Source: Thermoanaerobaculia bacterium
Lineage (GTDB): Bacteria; Acidobacteriota; Thermoanaerobaculia; UBA5066
Length of the DNA stretch: 64,000 nt
Assembly (NCBI GenBank): GCA_038245905.1
Contig: JBBRRY010000005.1
Span: forward strand, 1-64,000
Direction: 5' to 3'
Shown here: positions 29,355 to 37,685 of the stretch, piece by piece
Layout of the letters: each line of letters begins with the position of its first letter
How positions within the stretch are numbered: position 1 is the stretch's first letter
The notes under the pieces: generated by a model
What the model saw: the letters and a program-made list of their open reading frames with translations, nothing else
Database searches by the model: none
What the model was told of the DNA's origin: nothing
Position numbers and translations under genes: made by a program

Positions 29355-30715
29355 TCGAAGAACTCCCGATGCAGCCGGCGGAGCGATTCCGGCGCGTCCC
29401 CCTCGGCGACGACGAACGTCAGGTTCGTGTCCGAGGCGCCCTGCGAGATGAGGACGACGTTGACGTCGCCGAGCGCGGCAAAGACGCGGACGGCGATGCC
29501 CGCCGTCGACCTCAGGTTGCGCCCGACGACCGAGACGACCGCGAGATGCTTCAGGAGCGAGACCTCGGCGAATTCCGAGAGGTCGCGGACGATTTCCTCG
29601 AGCGGAGCCCTCTCGTCCACCGTGATCGAAATCGACACTTCGCTCGTCGCGATGACGTCGACCGAGACGCGGTGGCGCTCGAAGACGGAGAACACCCTCG
29701 ACGCGTAGCCGTACGCGAGGAGCATGCGCGGGCTGCCCACGAAGAGCGCCGTGACGCCCTTGCGCATCGCGAGGGCGCGCACGCCGGTCCCCGGAGCGTC
29801 CTTCCGGACGACGGTGCCCGGGGCGTCCGGGTGGAACGTGTTCCGGACGGCCACGGGAATGCCGCGCTGGACAGCCGGCCGGATCGTCGCCGGATGAAGG
29901 ACCTTCGCGCCGAAGAACGCGAGCTCCGCTGCCTCCGGGTAGCTCACTTCGGGGACGGCGCGCGCGGCCGGGACGACACGCGGATCGGCCGTCAGGATTC
30001 CGTCCACGTCCGTCCAGATCTCGATCACGCCGACCGCGAGCCCGGCGTCCTTCAGGGCGCCCCCGAGGACAGCCGCGGAGGTGTCCGAGCCGCCGCGGCC
30101 CAGCGTCGTCGTCGAACCGCCGGGAGCCGCGCCGACGAAGCCGCCCGTCACGACGACGCGTCCCGCTTCAAGCTCCGGAAGAACGCGTGCGGCGACGCGG
30201 CGGGCCGTCTCGGCCTCGTCGGTCCGCGCGGCTCCGTGCGTCGCGTCGGTCGCGAGGATCTCGCGCGGGTCCACCCAGACCGCCTCCGAACCACCCGCGC
30301 TAAGGGCCGCGGCAAGGAGGCGGGAGGAGATCAGCTCGCCCACGGAGAGGAGCGCATCCGAGGTTCGCGGGGAGATTTCTTCGAGTAGTAAGACGCCGGA
30401 CGAGATCTCCTCGACACGCCGCAGCTCGGCTGCGACGGACTCGTTCAACGCTGCGCGCTCGGCCGCGGGCAAGTCCAACCCCCCCACCGCCTCCTCGTGG
30501 CGCTGTGCGAGGATCGCCCTCGCGCGCCCCGCCGCCTCCCGATCCCTTCCACTCAAAGAAATCTTCAGACCGACCAACAAGTCCGTGACTCCACCCATCG
30601 CGGACGCGACGACGACGCACGGGTCTCCTCCGCGCGCGGCCACGAGGCGCGCGACGTCCCGGATCCGCTCGGCCGATCCGAGCGAGGTCCCGCCGAACTT
30701 GAGGACGTCGGTCAA
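29351..30715 (-). CDS. lysC: Aspartokinase
   Basis: LKFGGTS, TTLGRGGSD, WTDVDG, ACT domains. Confidence 0.95.
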   Translation of the reverse strand: MTDVLKFGGTSLGSAERIRDVARLVAARGGDPCVVVASAMGGVTDLLVGLKISLSGRDREAAGRARAILAQRHEEAVGGLDLPAAERAALNESVAAELRRVEEISSGVLLLEEISPRTSDALLSVGELISSRLLAAALSAGGSEAVWVDPREILATDATHGAARTDEAETARRVAARVLPELEAGRVVVTGGFVGAAPGGSTTTLGRGGSDTSAAVLGGALKDAGLAVGVIEIWTDVDGILTADPRVVPAARAVPEVSYPEAAELAFFGAKVLHPATIRPAVQRGIPVAVRNTFHPDAPGTVVRKDAPGTGVRALAMRKGVTALFVGSPRMLLAYGYASRVFSVFERHRVSVDVIATSEVSISITVDERAPLEEIVRDLSEFAEVSLLKHLAVVSVVGRNLRSTAGIAVRVFAALGDVNVVLISQGASDTNLTFVVAEGDAPESLRRLHREFFE

Positions 30716-30719
30716 GCGG

Positions 30720-31799
30720 TCACCGCGCCATCGTCCGCGCCGCGAGCCGGCCCTGCGCGAGGAGGAGCTCGGCGTTGAGGAGAGCCGCGCCGGCGGCTCC
30801 GCGGATCGTGTTGTGGACGAGGAGCGTGAAGCGGACGTCGTAGAAGGGGTCGGGGCGCAGGCGGCCGACGGTGACCGTCATGCCGGCGCCGGCTTCGACG
30901 TCGCGGATGGGCTGCGGGCGGTCGCGCTCGTCGCGCACGACGATGGGCCTCAGGGGTGCCGAAGGGAGCTTCAGGCGCTGCGGCTCACCGGTGAAGCCCT
31001 CGAGCGCGGCCCTAACGTCCGCGAGGGAAGCCTTCGCCTTGAGCTTCAGGAAAACCGACTCGGTGTGGCCGTCGCGCACGGGCACGCGGTTCACGGAGAC
31101 ACTGATCGGGAAGTCGGCGTCAAGGACGCGCCCTCCCTCGAGCCGGCCGAGGATCTTCTTCGGTTCGCGCTCGATCTTCTCCTCTTCGCCGTCGATGAAC
31201 GGGATGACGTTCGCGTTCGAATCGAGCGACGGGACCCCCGGATAGCCCGCACCCGAGAGGGCCTGCAGCGTCATGACGGCCACGGCCTCGATGCCGAACG
31301 CACGATGGAGCGGGGCGAGCGCCATCGCGAGGCCGACGACCGAGCAGTTTGGGTTCGTCACGATGCCACCGCCGGAGGCGCGCGTGGGCTGCCCGTCGAG
31401 GAGGGCGAGGTGGTCCGCGTTCACCTCGGGGATCACGAGCGGGACGTCGGGCCGCATCCGAAACGACTTCGTGTTCGAGACGACGAGCTTGCCGCGGCCA
31501 GCCTGCAGCGGCTCGATCGTGTCGGCGACCGCCGCGTCGAGGCCTGAGAGAAGGACCGCCGACGCGAAGTCGACGTCCACCTGCGTCACGACGAGGCCGC
31601 GCGCCTCTCCCGGGATGTCGCCCGGGAGGATCCAACGCGTCGCCTCCGCGTATGTTTTCCCCGCCGAGCGCTCGGAAGCGGCGACCTCCGCGAGGACGAA
31701 CTGCGGGTGCCCTTCGAGCAGCGAGACGAGGCGCTGCCCGACGGCGCCTGTCGCGCCGAGGATCGCCACCGGAATCCGGGCGTCGTTCTGGGTCGCCAT
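30720..31799 (-). CDS. asd: Aspartate-semialdehyde dehydrogenase
   Basis: ILGATGAVGQ, TNPNCS, QALSGAG, HNTIRGAAG. Confidence 0.96.
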   Translation of the reverse strand: MATQNDARIPVAILGATGAVGQRLVSLLEGHPQFVLAEVAASERSAGKTYAEATRWILPGDIPGEARGLVVTQVDVDFASAVLLSGLDAAVADTIEPLQAGRGKLVVSNTKSFRMRPDVPLVIPEVNADHLALLDGQPTRASGGGIVTNPNCSVVGLAMALAPLHRAFGIEAVAVMTLQALSGAGYPGVPSLDSNANVIPFIDGEEEKIEREPKKILGRLEGGRVLDADFPISVSVNRVPVRDGHTESVFLKLKAKASLADVRAALEGFTGEPQRLKLPSAPLRPIVVRDERDRPQPIRDVEAGAGMTVTVGRLRPDPFYDVRFTLLVHNTIRGAAGAALLNAELLLAQGRLAARTMAR

Positions 31800-31819
31800 G
31801 AAATCTCCTCTCGAGCTCC

Positions 31820-31852
31820 AAAAAGCAAAGGGCCCGCCTTGCGGCGGGCCCT
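31820..31852 (-). terminator. Intrinsic terminator (attenuator) in asd leader
   Basis: Minus strand AGGGCCCGCC-GCAA-GGCGGGCCCT followed by TTGCTTTTT. Confidence 0.85.
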
Positions 31853-31884
31853 GGTGTGTCTTGTGATCGCCGAAATTCCGCGAT

Positions 31885-31968
31885 CTAGAGAACGCTCCAT
31901 CGCCCGCCGCGCTGCGGCGTCGTCTTCTTCGCGGTCATCCGCTTTCGGGAAATGGCTATAGCGTTCAT
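31885..31968 (-). CDS. Leader peptide of asd-lysC-dap operon (27 aa)
   Basis: MNAIAISRKRMTAKKTTPQRGGRWSVL*; clustered I/K/M/T codons; contains the antiterminator strand. Confidence 0.75.
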   Translation of the reverse strand: MNAIAISRKRMTAKKTTPQRGGRWSVL

Positions 31969-31977
31969 ATGGCGCGA

Positions 31978-32006
31978 AGCCTAGTGGCGCACCGGCGACG
32001 TGTCAA
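31978..32006 (-). promoter_or_regulatory. Sigma70 promoter of asd leader
   Basis: TTGACA-17 bp-TAGGCT on minus strand. Confidence 0.75.
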
Positions 32007-32024
32007 GGCGGACATGCGCCTATG

Positions 32025-32609
32025 TCACCTCGAAGTCGTCGTCCCCATGCCCGAAGTCGCCGGGCTCCCGGAGACGGATTGGGGCCTCCCGATCGCACCG
32101 GGCTTCGGACCGACTGGACCTGGACCCTTCTGCTCCGGGTACTTCAGCTCGATCGAGGCGAAGTTGAGCGTCAGACTCTCCGTCTGCACGGCGGCACCGC
32201 GTCCGCCTCCAGCCATGTTGAACGACGAGACCATCACGTTCTTCAGCTCGTACTTCAGATAAGCCGGGGACCCGGAGCCTGTCTTCCGCATCTCGATCAC
32301 GACCGAGGGAAAGTGCTTTCCGGTTGCCTTCTGGAGAAGAGGCGACGCCTTATCGACGGTTTTCGTAAAGGTAAAGGTTCCGGGCCCGCTCTTCGCCAGA
32401 CCGGCTGGAGCAGCGCCTGCCGGCGGCGCGGGAGCTGGTGAGGAAAAGTTGTAGGACTGCAACTCGATCCAGCCCTGGTGCTGGGGGTCCATGCTCTCCC
32501 CCTTGATGCTGTCGAACCACATGAAGGCGTCGACGGCCGCGTGCGCGACGGGCGCGGACATCAGCCCGGCGGCCAGGAGGCAGAGGGCGAAGACAAACGA
32601 GCGTTTCAT
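32025..32609 (-). CDS. Hcp-family tube protein with Sec signal peptide
   Basis: IKGES.D..H.GWIEL.S, TKTVDKASPLL, YLKYELKNVMVSS, ESLTLNFASI; signal peptide ending AHA. Confidence 0.85.
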   Translation of the reverse strand: MKRSFVFALCLLAAGLMSAPVAHAAVDAFMWFDSIKGESMDPQHQGWIELQSYNFSSPAPAPPAGAAPAGLAKSGPGTFTFTKTVDKASPLLQKATGKHFPSVVIEMRKTGSGSPAYLKYELKNVMVSSFNMAGGGRGAAVQTESLTLNFASIELKYPEQKGPGPVGPKPGAIGRPQSVSGSPATSGMGTTTSR

Positions 32610-32633
32610 AGGATCCTCCCAATTCGTACGGAG

Positions 32634-32701
32634 AATCTAGGCCGAAGTCGGACCGCCGCAAGGCAAATCTCTGGCCCCGGCACGAAAGCCCGTGGTCCCT
32701 G
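32634..32701 (-). promoter_or_regulatory. Promoter with 9-bp direct repeats, copy 1
   Basis: CAGGGACCA-12 bp-CCGGGGCCA-10 bp-TTGCGG-16 bp-TAGATT. Confidence 0.55.
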
Positions 32702-32848
32702 CGCGCCATGGGGCCGTTTGACCCTCTCCGGACCGGCCCCCGATAATCGCCGTCCGCGCCGCGTTCCCGCGGGGAACACGGCCATCACCCCGACGAGAGT
32801 CGTGAGGGCGAGAAGTCGGCGAGAAGCGTTCTTGTCCACGAGTCCTCC

Positions 32849-33766
32849 CTATTTCCGAAACGCCGGCGCTACTACCATCGTCGACTTCGCGGCGACGCTC
32901 GTCGTCGCGTGGCCCATACAGGCGTGGTCTGAGGACTTCGGCGGCGTCTTCTGCATCGCCCACGGGTCCGCGAGACCGTATGCCTTGACCGTGAACGTGC
33001 CGCCTTTCATGTACGCGTGCATCGGCGCGGGCTGGGATTTCCCGCTCACGATCGGGTACTCGACAACCGGCGAACCGTCGCCGAAATCGATTCGCGAACG
33101 CTGGCAATCCCCCGTCGCTTCGACCGTGAACGTGACGCTCGCGCCGACGGACAAGGACGCGACGCTCGACGTGACCTTCGTGACCGTCGGCGGAGCCTTC
33201 ACGGCGCCGAAAGCCACTGCGGGCGCTCCCGCGCCGGTTGGGGCGGAGTATCCATCGCCCTTCGTGTGTCCAACGTCCCACCTTCCGGGCTTCGGCGTCC
33301 CTTGCGGGGACACTGGCTCCGGGTAGTGGGTCTCGATCGAGGAGAAGTTCAGCGAGAACGACTCGGTGCCGCCGCCACCACCCACCTGGTACGACGAGAC
33401 CATCACGTTCTTTAGCTCGTACCGAAGGCTGCCGCCGGCCGTCGAGCCCTGGACCTCGAGCGTCGCCGAGGGAAATAGAGTTCCGTTCGCGGCGGCTTTC
33501 TGCAGGGCGGGCGAGGCCTTATCGCCCTTCTTCGAGAGCCTGAGGCTGCTCGGGCCGGCGGTTGCCACGCCCGTGCGGCCAGGAACGGAGGGCGGCGCCG
33601 ATTGCCAGCTGAAAGACTCGACTTCGATCCAGCCCTGGTGCGGGGCGACGGTCACCTCGCCGGCCACGCCATCGATCTTCATGTAGATGGGGCCGCCGAG
33701 CGCCGGTGCCGCGAGCCCGAGGGCGGCAGCGAGGACGACTGCGGACAGGGCGATGGATCGCTTCAT
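32849..33766 (-). CDS. Signal peptide + Hcp-family domain + C-terminal PKD-like domain
   Basis: IYMKIDGVAGE...HQGWIEVESFSW, DKASPAL, ESFSLNFSSI, GRWDV; then IDFGDGS...HAY..GGTFTV. Confidence 0.85.
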   Translation of the reverse strand: MKRSIALSAVVLAAALGLAAPALGGPIYMKIDGVAGEVTVAPHQGWIEVESFSWQSAPPSVPGRTGVATAGPSSLRLSKKGDKASPALQKAAANGTLFPSATLEVQGSTAGGSLRYELKNVMVSSYQVGGGGGTESFSLNFSSIETHYPEPVSPQGTPKPGRWDVGHTKGDGYSAPTGAGAPAVAFGAVKAPPTVTKVTSSVASLSVGASVTFTVEATGDCQRSRIDFGDGSPVVEYPIVSGKSQPAPMHAYMKGGTFTVKAYGLADPWAMQKTPPKSSDHACMGHATTSVAAKSTMVVAPAFRK

Positions 33767-33823
33767 GGGGCCTCCTTGCCTTCCTCCGCCGCTTCGGATG
33801 CTCCGGCGTCGGTGTCGAGAATC

Positions 33824-33891
33824 AATCTAGGCCGAAGTGCGCTTTTCGCAACTCGAATCGCTGGCCCCGGAGCGAAAACGGGTGGTCCCTG
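33824..33891 (-). promoter_or_regulatory. Promoter with 9-bp direct repeats, copy 2
   Basis: CAGGGACCA-12 bp-CCGGGGCCA-10 bp-TTGCGA-16 bp-TAGATT; same spacing as copy 1. Confidence 0.55.
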
Positions 33892-33958
33892 CGCGCCGCC
33901 CGGGACGTTTCGTGACCTCGAACACTGCAGGAGTAGCGTTCGCGAAGTAATGCCGCGT

Positions 33959-33987
33959 TTGACCCTCCCTGAAGCGGCCCCGATAAT
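33959..33987 (+). promoter_or_regulatory. Sigma70 promoter of E1-alpha operon
   Basis: TTGACC-17 bp-GATAAT, 37 bp before ATG. Confidence 0.6.
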
Positions 33988-34024
33988 CGCGGTCCGCGTC
34001 GCGCACCCGCGGCGTACCCACGAC

Positions 34025-35041
34025 ATGACGACGTCCCTCTCCCACGAACGCCAGAAGGACCTTTACCGGACAATGCTGCTGAACCGGCTGCTCGAGGAGC
34101 GTCTGGTCAACCTCTATCGCCAGGGCAAGGTCGTGGGGGGGCTCTACCGCTCGCTCGGGCAGGAGGCGACGTCGGTCGCGACCGCCTTCGCGCTCGACGA
34201 GGGCGACATCCTGGCGCCTCTCATTCGAAACCTCGGCTCCGTTCTGGCCCGGGGAATCCCGGCGCGCGACATCCTCACGCAGTACATGGCGCGCGCGACC
34301 GCGCCCTCTGGCGGCAAGGACGCGAACCTCCATTTTTCGGTCCCGGGTAGAGGCGTCTATTCGCCGATCGCGATGCTCGGCACGCTCGTGCCCGTCGTTT
34401 CCGGAATGCTCCTCGCCGACCGCATGCAGGGAAAAAGCACCGTGGGCATCACGTATCTCGGGGACGGGGGCACGTCCGTCGGCGCCTTCCACGAAGGCAT
34501 CAACTTCGCCGCCGTTCAGAAGCTTCCGCTCGTCCTCGTCGTCGAGTCCAACGGATGGGCGTATTCGACGCCCACCGAACAGCAGTGCGTCGCGCGGACG
34601 CTCGCAGACAAGGCCGTCGGCTACGGGATTCCCGGCGTGGTCGTGGACGGCAACGACGCGCTGATGGTGTACGAGGTCGCCCGGGCAGCCGTCGACCGCG
34701 CGCGCGCCGGCGGCGGGCCGACGCTCCTGGAGTGCAAGACCTACCGCATGAAGGGACACGCCGAGCACGACGCGCAAGCGTACGTCGATCCTAAAGAGCT
34801 TGCCGCGTGGCGGACCCGCGACCCGCTCGCTCTCCTCGAATCCGCGCTCGAGACGTCGGGAGCGATGCCGGCCGCGGTGCGCCGCCAAGTTCACGATGAC
34901 GTCGAGAGTCAGCTCCACGCGGACGTCGCGTTCGCCGAAGCCTCGCCCTTCCCGGATCCTTCCCTCGCGTTTCGCGGCGTCTACGCCGACGAGGGCATTC
35001 TCGAACGCGGGCGCGCCGGCGTGTTCACGGGGGGCTCCTGA
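34025..35041 (+). CDS. 2-oxoacid (pyruvate or branched-chain) dehydrogenase E1 alpha
   Basis: GQEA, GDGGTS...ESN TPP motif, YRMKGHAEHD. Confidence 0.92.
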   Translation: MTTSLSHERQKDLYRTMLLNRLLEERLVNLYRQGKVVGGLYRSLGQEATSVATAFALDEGDILAPLIRNLGSVLARGIPARDILTQYMARATAPSGGKDANLHFSVPGRGVYSPIAMLGTLVPVVSGMLLADRMQGKSTVGITYLGDGGTSVGAFHEGINFAAVQKLPLVLVVESNGWAYSTPTEQQCVARTLADKAVGYGIPGVVVDGNDALMVYEVARAAVDRARAGGGPTLLECKTYRMKGHAEHDAQAYVDPKELAAWRTRDPLALLESALETSGAMPAAVRRQVHDDVESQLHADVAFAEASPFPDPSLAFRGVYADEGILERGRAGVFTGGS

Positions 35042-36078
35042 TGGCAGACCCTCGCGTCGCGCGAGGCGGGGCGACCCTCACGCTCGCGACCGGCGGCGCT
35101 GCAGGCGTCGAAATCTTCTACCTCGAGGCGATCCGCCAGGCCCTCTTCGAGGAGATGGAACGCGATGAGCGCGTCTTCGTCCTCGGGCAGGACGTGGGTG
35201 TTTACGGCGGCGCCTTCAAGGTGACGGAAGGGCTGCAGGCCCGGTTCGGGAAAGAACGCGTCCTCGACACGCCGCTCGCCGAAGAGGCGATCGTGGGCGG
35301 CGCCATCGGCGCGGCGATGCGCGGCATGCGTCCCGTCGCCGAGATGCAATTCATCGACTTCATCTCGCGCGCCTTCGACCTCCTCACGAACTTCGCCGCC
35401 AAGAACCGCTACCGGACGGGAGTCGGGGTGCCCATGGTCGTGCGCGGGCCCTGCGGTGGAGGGGTCCACGGGGGGCCGTACCACTCCCAGAGCCCCGAGA
35501 TGTATTTCGTGAAGACACCGGGCCTCAAGGTCGTGGCTCCAGCGACCGCATACGACGCGAAGGGTCTCCTGAAGGCCGCGATCCGCGACGACGACCCCGT
35601 TCTCTTCCTGGAGCACAAATTCCTCTACCGAAGGGTGAAGGACCGCGTGCCGGAAGAGGACTACATCGTCCCGATCGGAAAGGCCGCGATCCGGCGGCCC
35701 GGGGCGGACTTCACGATCGTGACCTATGGCGCGATGGTCTGGACCGCCCTCGAGGCGGCCGAAATTCTCGCGAAGGACGGCGTCTCGGCCGAAGTCCTCG
35801 ATCTCCGCACCCTCCTTCCGCTCGACGAGGAGGCAATCCTCGCGTCCGTCAGGCGCACCGGCAAGTGCCTCGTCCTTCACGAGGACACGCGCACGGGCGG
35901 GCTTGGCGGCGAGATCGCCGCAACTTTGTCCGAGAAGGCCTTCGAGTGGCTGGACGGCCCAATTCTCCGCGTGACGGCGCCGGACACGCCCGTGCCGTAC
36001 TCTCCTCCCCTGGAAGAGGCGTTCCTCCCGAACGTGAACACCTTGCTTGCCGCCGCGCGTAAGCTCGTGCGCTACTAG
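35041..36078 (+). CDS. 2-oxoacid dehydrogenase E1 beta
   Basis: YGGAFKVT, DTPLAE, EMQFIDF, HSQSPE, DLRTLLPLD. Confidence 0.93.
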   Translation: MADPRVARGGATLTLATGGAAGVEIFYLEAIRQALFEEMERDERVFVLGQDVGVYGGAFKVTEGLQARFGKERVLDTPLAEEAIVGGAIGAAMRGMRPVAEMQFIDFISRAFDLLTNFAAKNRYRTGVGVPMVVRGPCGGGVHGGPYHSQSPEMYFVKTPGLKVVAPATAYDAKGLLKAAIRDDDPVLFLEHKFLYRRVKDRVPEEDYIVPIGKAAIRRPGADFTIVTYGAMVWTALEAAEILAKDGVSAEVLDLRTLLPLDEEAILASVRRTGKCLVLHEDTRTGGLGGEIAATLSEKAFEWLDGPILRVTAPDTPVPYSPPLEEAFLPNVNTLLAAARKLVRY

Positions 36079-36097
36079 CCGACCGGAGAACAAGACC

Positions 36098-37678
36098 ATG
36101 CCGACCAACGTCATCATGCCGCAGATGGGCGAGTCGATCGCCGAGGGAACACTCACAAAGTGGCTCAAGAAGCCCGGAGACGCCGTCAAGCGCGACGAGC
36201 CGCTCTTCGAAATTTCGACCGACAAGGTCGACGCGGAGATCCCCTCCCCGGGTGCCGGCACCCTCCTCGAGATCCTCGTCCCCGAGGGCCAGACCGTCCC
36301 GATCAACACGGTCGTCGCGCGCCTTGCCGAGGCGGGGGAAGCGGCGGCCCCGGCTCCCGCCGCCGCCGCGGCGGCTCCGCCGCCGTCAACGAAGGAAAAA
36401 GAAGATTCTGCGAATGAAATAGAGAGCTCGACTCCCGCGGGAATGGCGGCGCAGGCTTCAGCGGCTCCCCGCCCGGCGGCTGCGCCGCAGGAAGATTCTT
36501 CGAAGGGTGTGCCGGCTGCTGCCCCCGCGGCACCGCCCGCGCAGGCCGCGTCGCCCGCGCCCGCGCCTTCTCAGCAGTCTTCTGTTCCCTCTTCTCCCAA
36601 GCCCCCTTCTTCCTCCGCTCCGCCGCAACCGGGCGAGTCGCAGGAAGACCTCGTGAAACGCCGCTCGTCTCCCGTCGTCCGCGCGATCGCCGAGGAGAAG
36701 GGCGTCGACATTTCGCAGATCCCCGGCACGGGCATTTCCGGCCGCGTGACGAAGGCCGACATCGAGGGCTTTCTCTCCAGCGCGCCGGCTACCGGCACAC
36801 CGGCCGCGGCGCCGGCCCCGCAGGCCGCTCCTCCTGCCTTCGCGTCTTCAGAGAAGTCTCCCTCTTCCTCCCCCACCCCCTCGGTCCTCGCCGCGCGCCC
36901 CGCCGAGGCCCCCGTCCCGGCGCGCGCCCCCGCGCCCTCGCCAACGGCGCTCGCGTTCCCGTCCGGAAGCAGCATCACGATCGAGCCGATGAGCGCGATG
37001 CGCAAGAAGATCGCGCAGCGCATGGTCGAGTCGAAGCAGACGTCGGCCCACGTCACGACCGTCTTCGAGATCGACTACTCCGGGATCGCGAAATTGCGGA
37101 ATCGCGTCAAGGCGCGCTTCGAGCAGCAGTACGGCACGAAGCTGTCCTATCTGCCGTTCATCCTTCAGGCGACGGTCGCGGCGCTCAAGGCGCGGCCCCT
37201 CGTGAACGCCTCGATCGTGGGCGACGACATCGTGCACCACCGCGAGGTGAACCTCGGCATTGCCGTCGCGCTCGACTGGGGCCTCATCGTGCCGGTCATC
37301 CGGCGCGCCGACGACCTCTCGCTCGTGGGCCTCGCGCGGGCCGCGAACGACCTCGCGGCACGGGCGCGCGCCAAGAAGCTCGTGCCGGACGAAGTGGCGG
37401 GCGGCACGTTCACCGTGACGAACCACGGTTCCTTCGGCTCGCTCTTCGCGACTCCCGTCATCAATCAGCCGCAGGTCGCGATCATGGGCATCGGGGCGAT
37501 CGAGAAGCGGGCGAAGGTCGTCGAGATGCCGGACGGCTCCGACTCCCTCGCGATCAAGACGATGGGCTACATCGCCCTCACGTTCGACCACCGGATCGTG
37601 GACGGCGCCGAGGGCGACACGTTCGTGAACGTCGTGAAGAAGGCGCTCGAAAACGGGTCGTGGCCCGAGCTGGAGTAA
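36098..37678 (+). CDS. Dihydrolipoamide acyltransferase E2
   Basis: Lipoyl domain STDKV, E3-binding GTGISGRVTK, catalytic DHRIVDG. Confidence 0.95.
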   Translation: MPTNVIMPQMGESIAEGTLTKWLKKPGDAVKRDEPLFEISTDKVDAEIPSPGAGTLLEILVPEGQTVPINTVVARLAEAGEAAAPAPAAAAAAPPPSTKEKEDSANEIESSTPAGMAAQASAAPRPAAAPQEDSSKGVPAAAPAAPPAQAASPAPAPSQQSSVPSSPKPPSSSAPPQPGESQEDLVKRRSSPVVRAIAEEKGVDISQIPGTGISGRVTKADIEGFLSSAPATGTPAAAPAPQAAPPAFASSEKSPSSSPTPSVLAARPAEAPVPARAPAPSPTALAFPSGSSITIEPMSAMRKKIAQRMVESKQTSAHVTTVFEIDYSGIAKLRNRVKARFEQQYGTKLSYLPFILQATVAALKARPLVNASIVGDDIVHHREVNLGIAVALDWGLIVPVIRRADDLSLVGLARAANDLAARARAKKLVPDEVAGGTFTVTNHGSFGSLFATPVINQPQVAIMGIGAIEKRAKVVEMPDGSDSLAIKTMGYIALTFDHRIVDGAEGDTFVNVVKKALENGSWPELE

Positions 37679-37685
37679 GCGACCG

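Noticed and set aside
31800-32010. Lysine riboswitch upstream of asd/lysC
   Set aside because: No AGAGG-type aptamer start and too little room; a leader peptide with antiterminator explains the region.
32660-32725. c-di-GMP-I riboswitch-like look (GGTCAAAC...GCGCAGGGACCAC) upstream of both Hcp genes
   Set aside because: Lacks the GCAAA and GNRA features; GGTCAA is the reverse complement of a -35 box; fixed-spacing direct repeats upstream of a promoter fit a DNA site better. An Rfam scan would settle it.
32025-33766. Type VI secretion cluster
   Set aside because: No sheath, baseplate, vgrG or membrane-complex gene in the window.
36330-36960. Pro/Ala/Ser low-complexity tracts in E2
   Set aside because: Normal flexible linkers of E2 subunits, though they contain degenerate copies of the dispersed motif.
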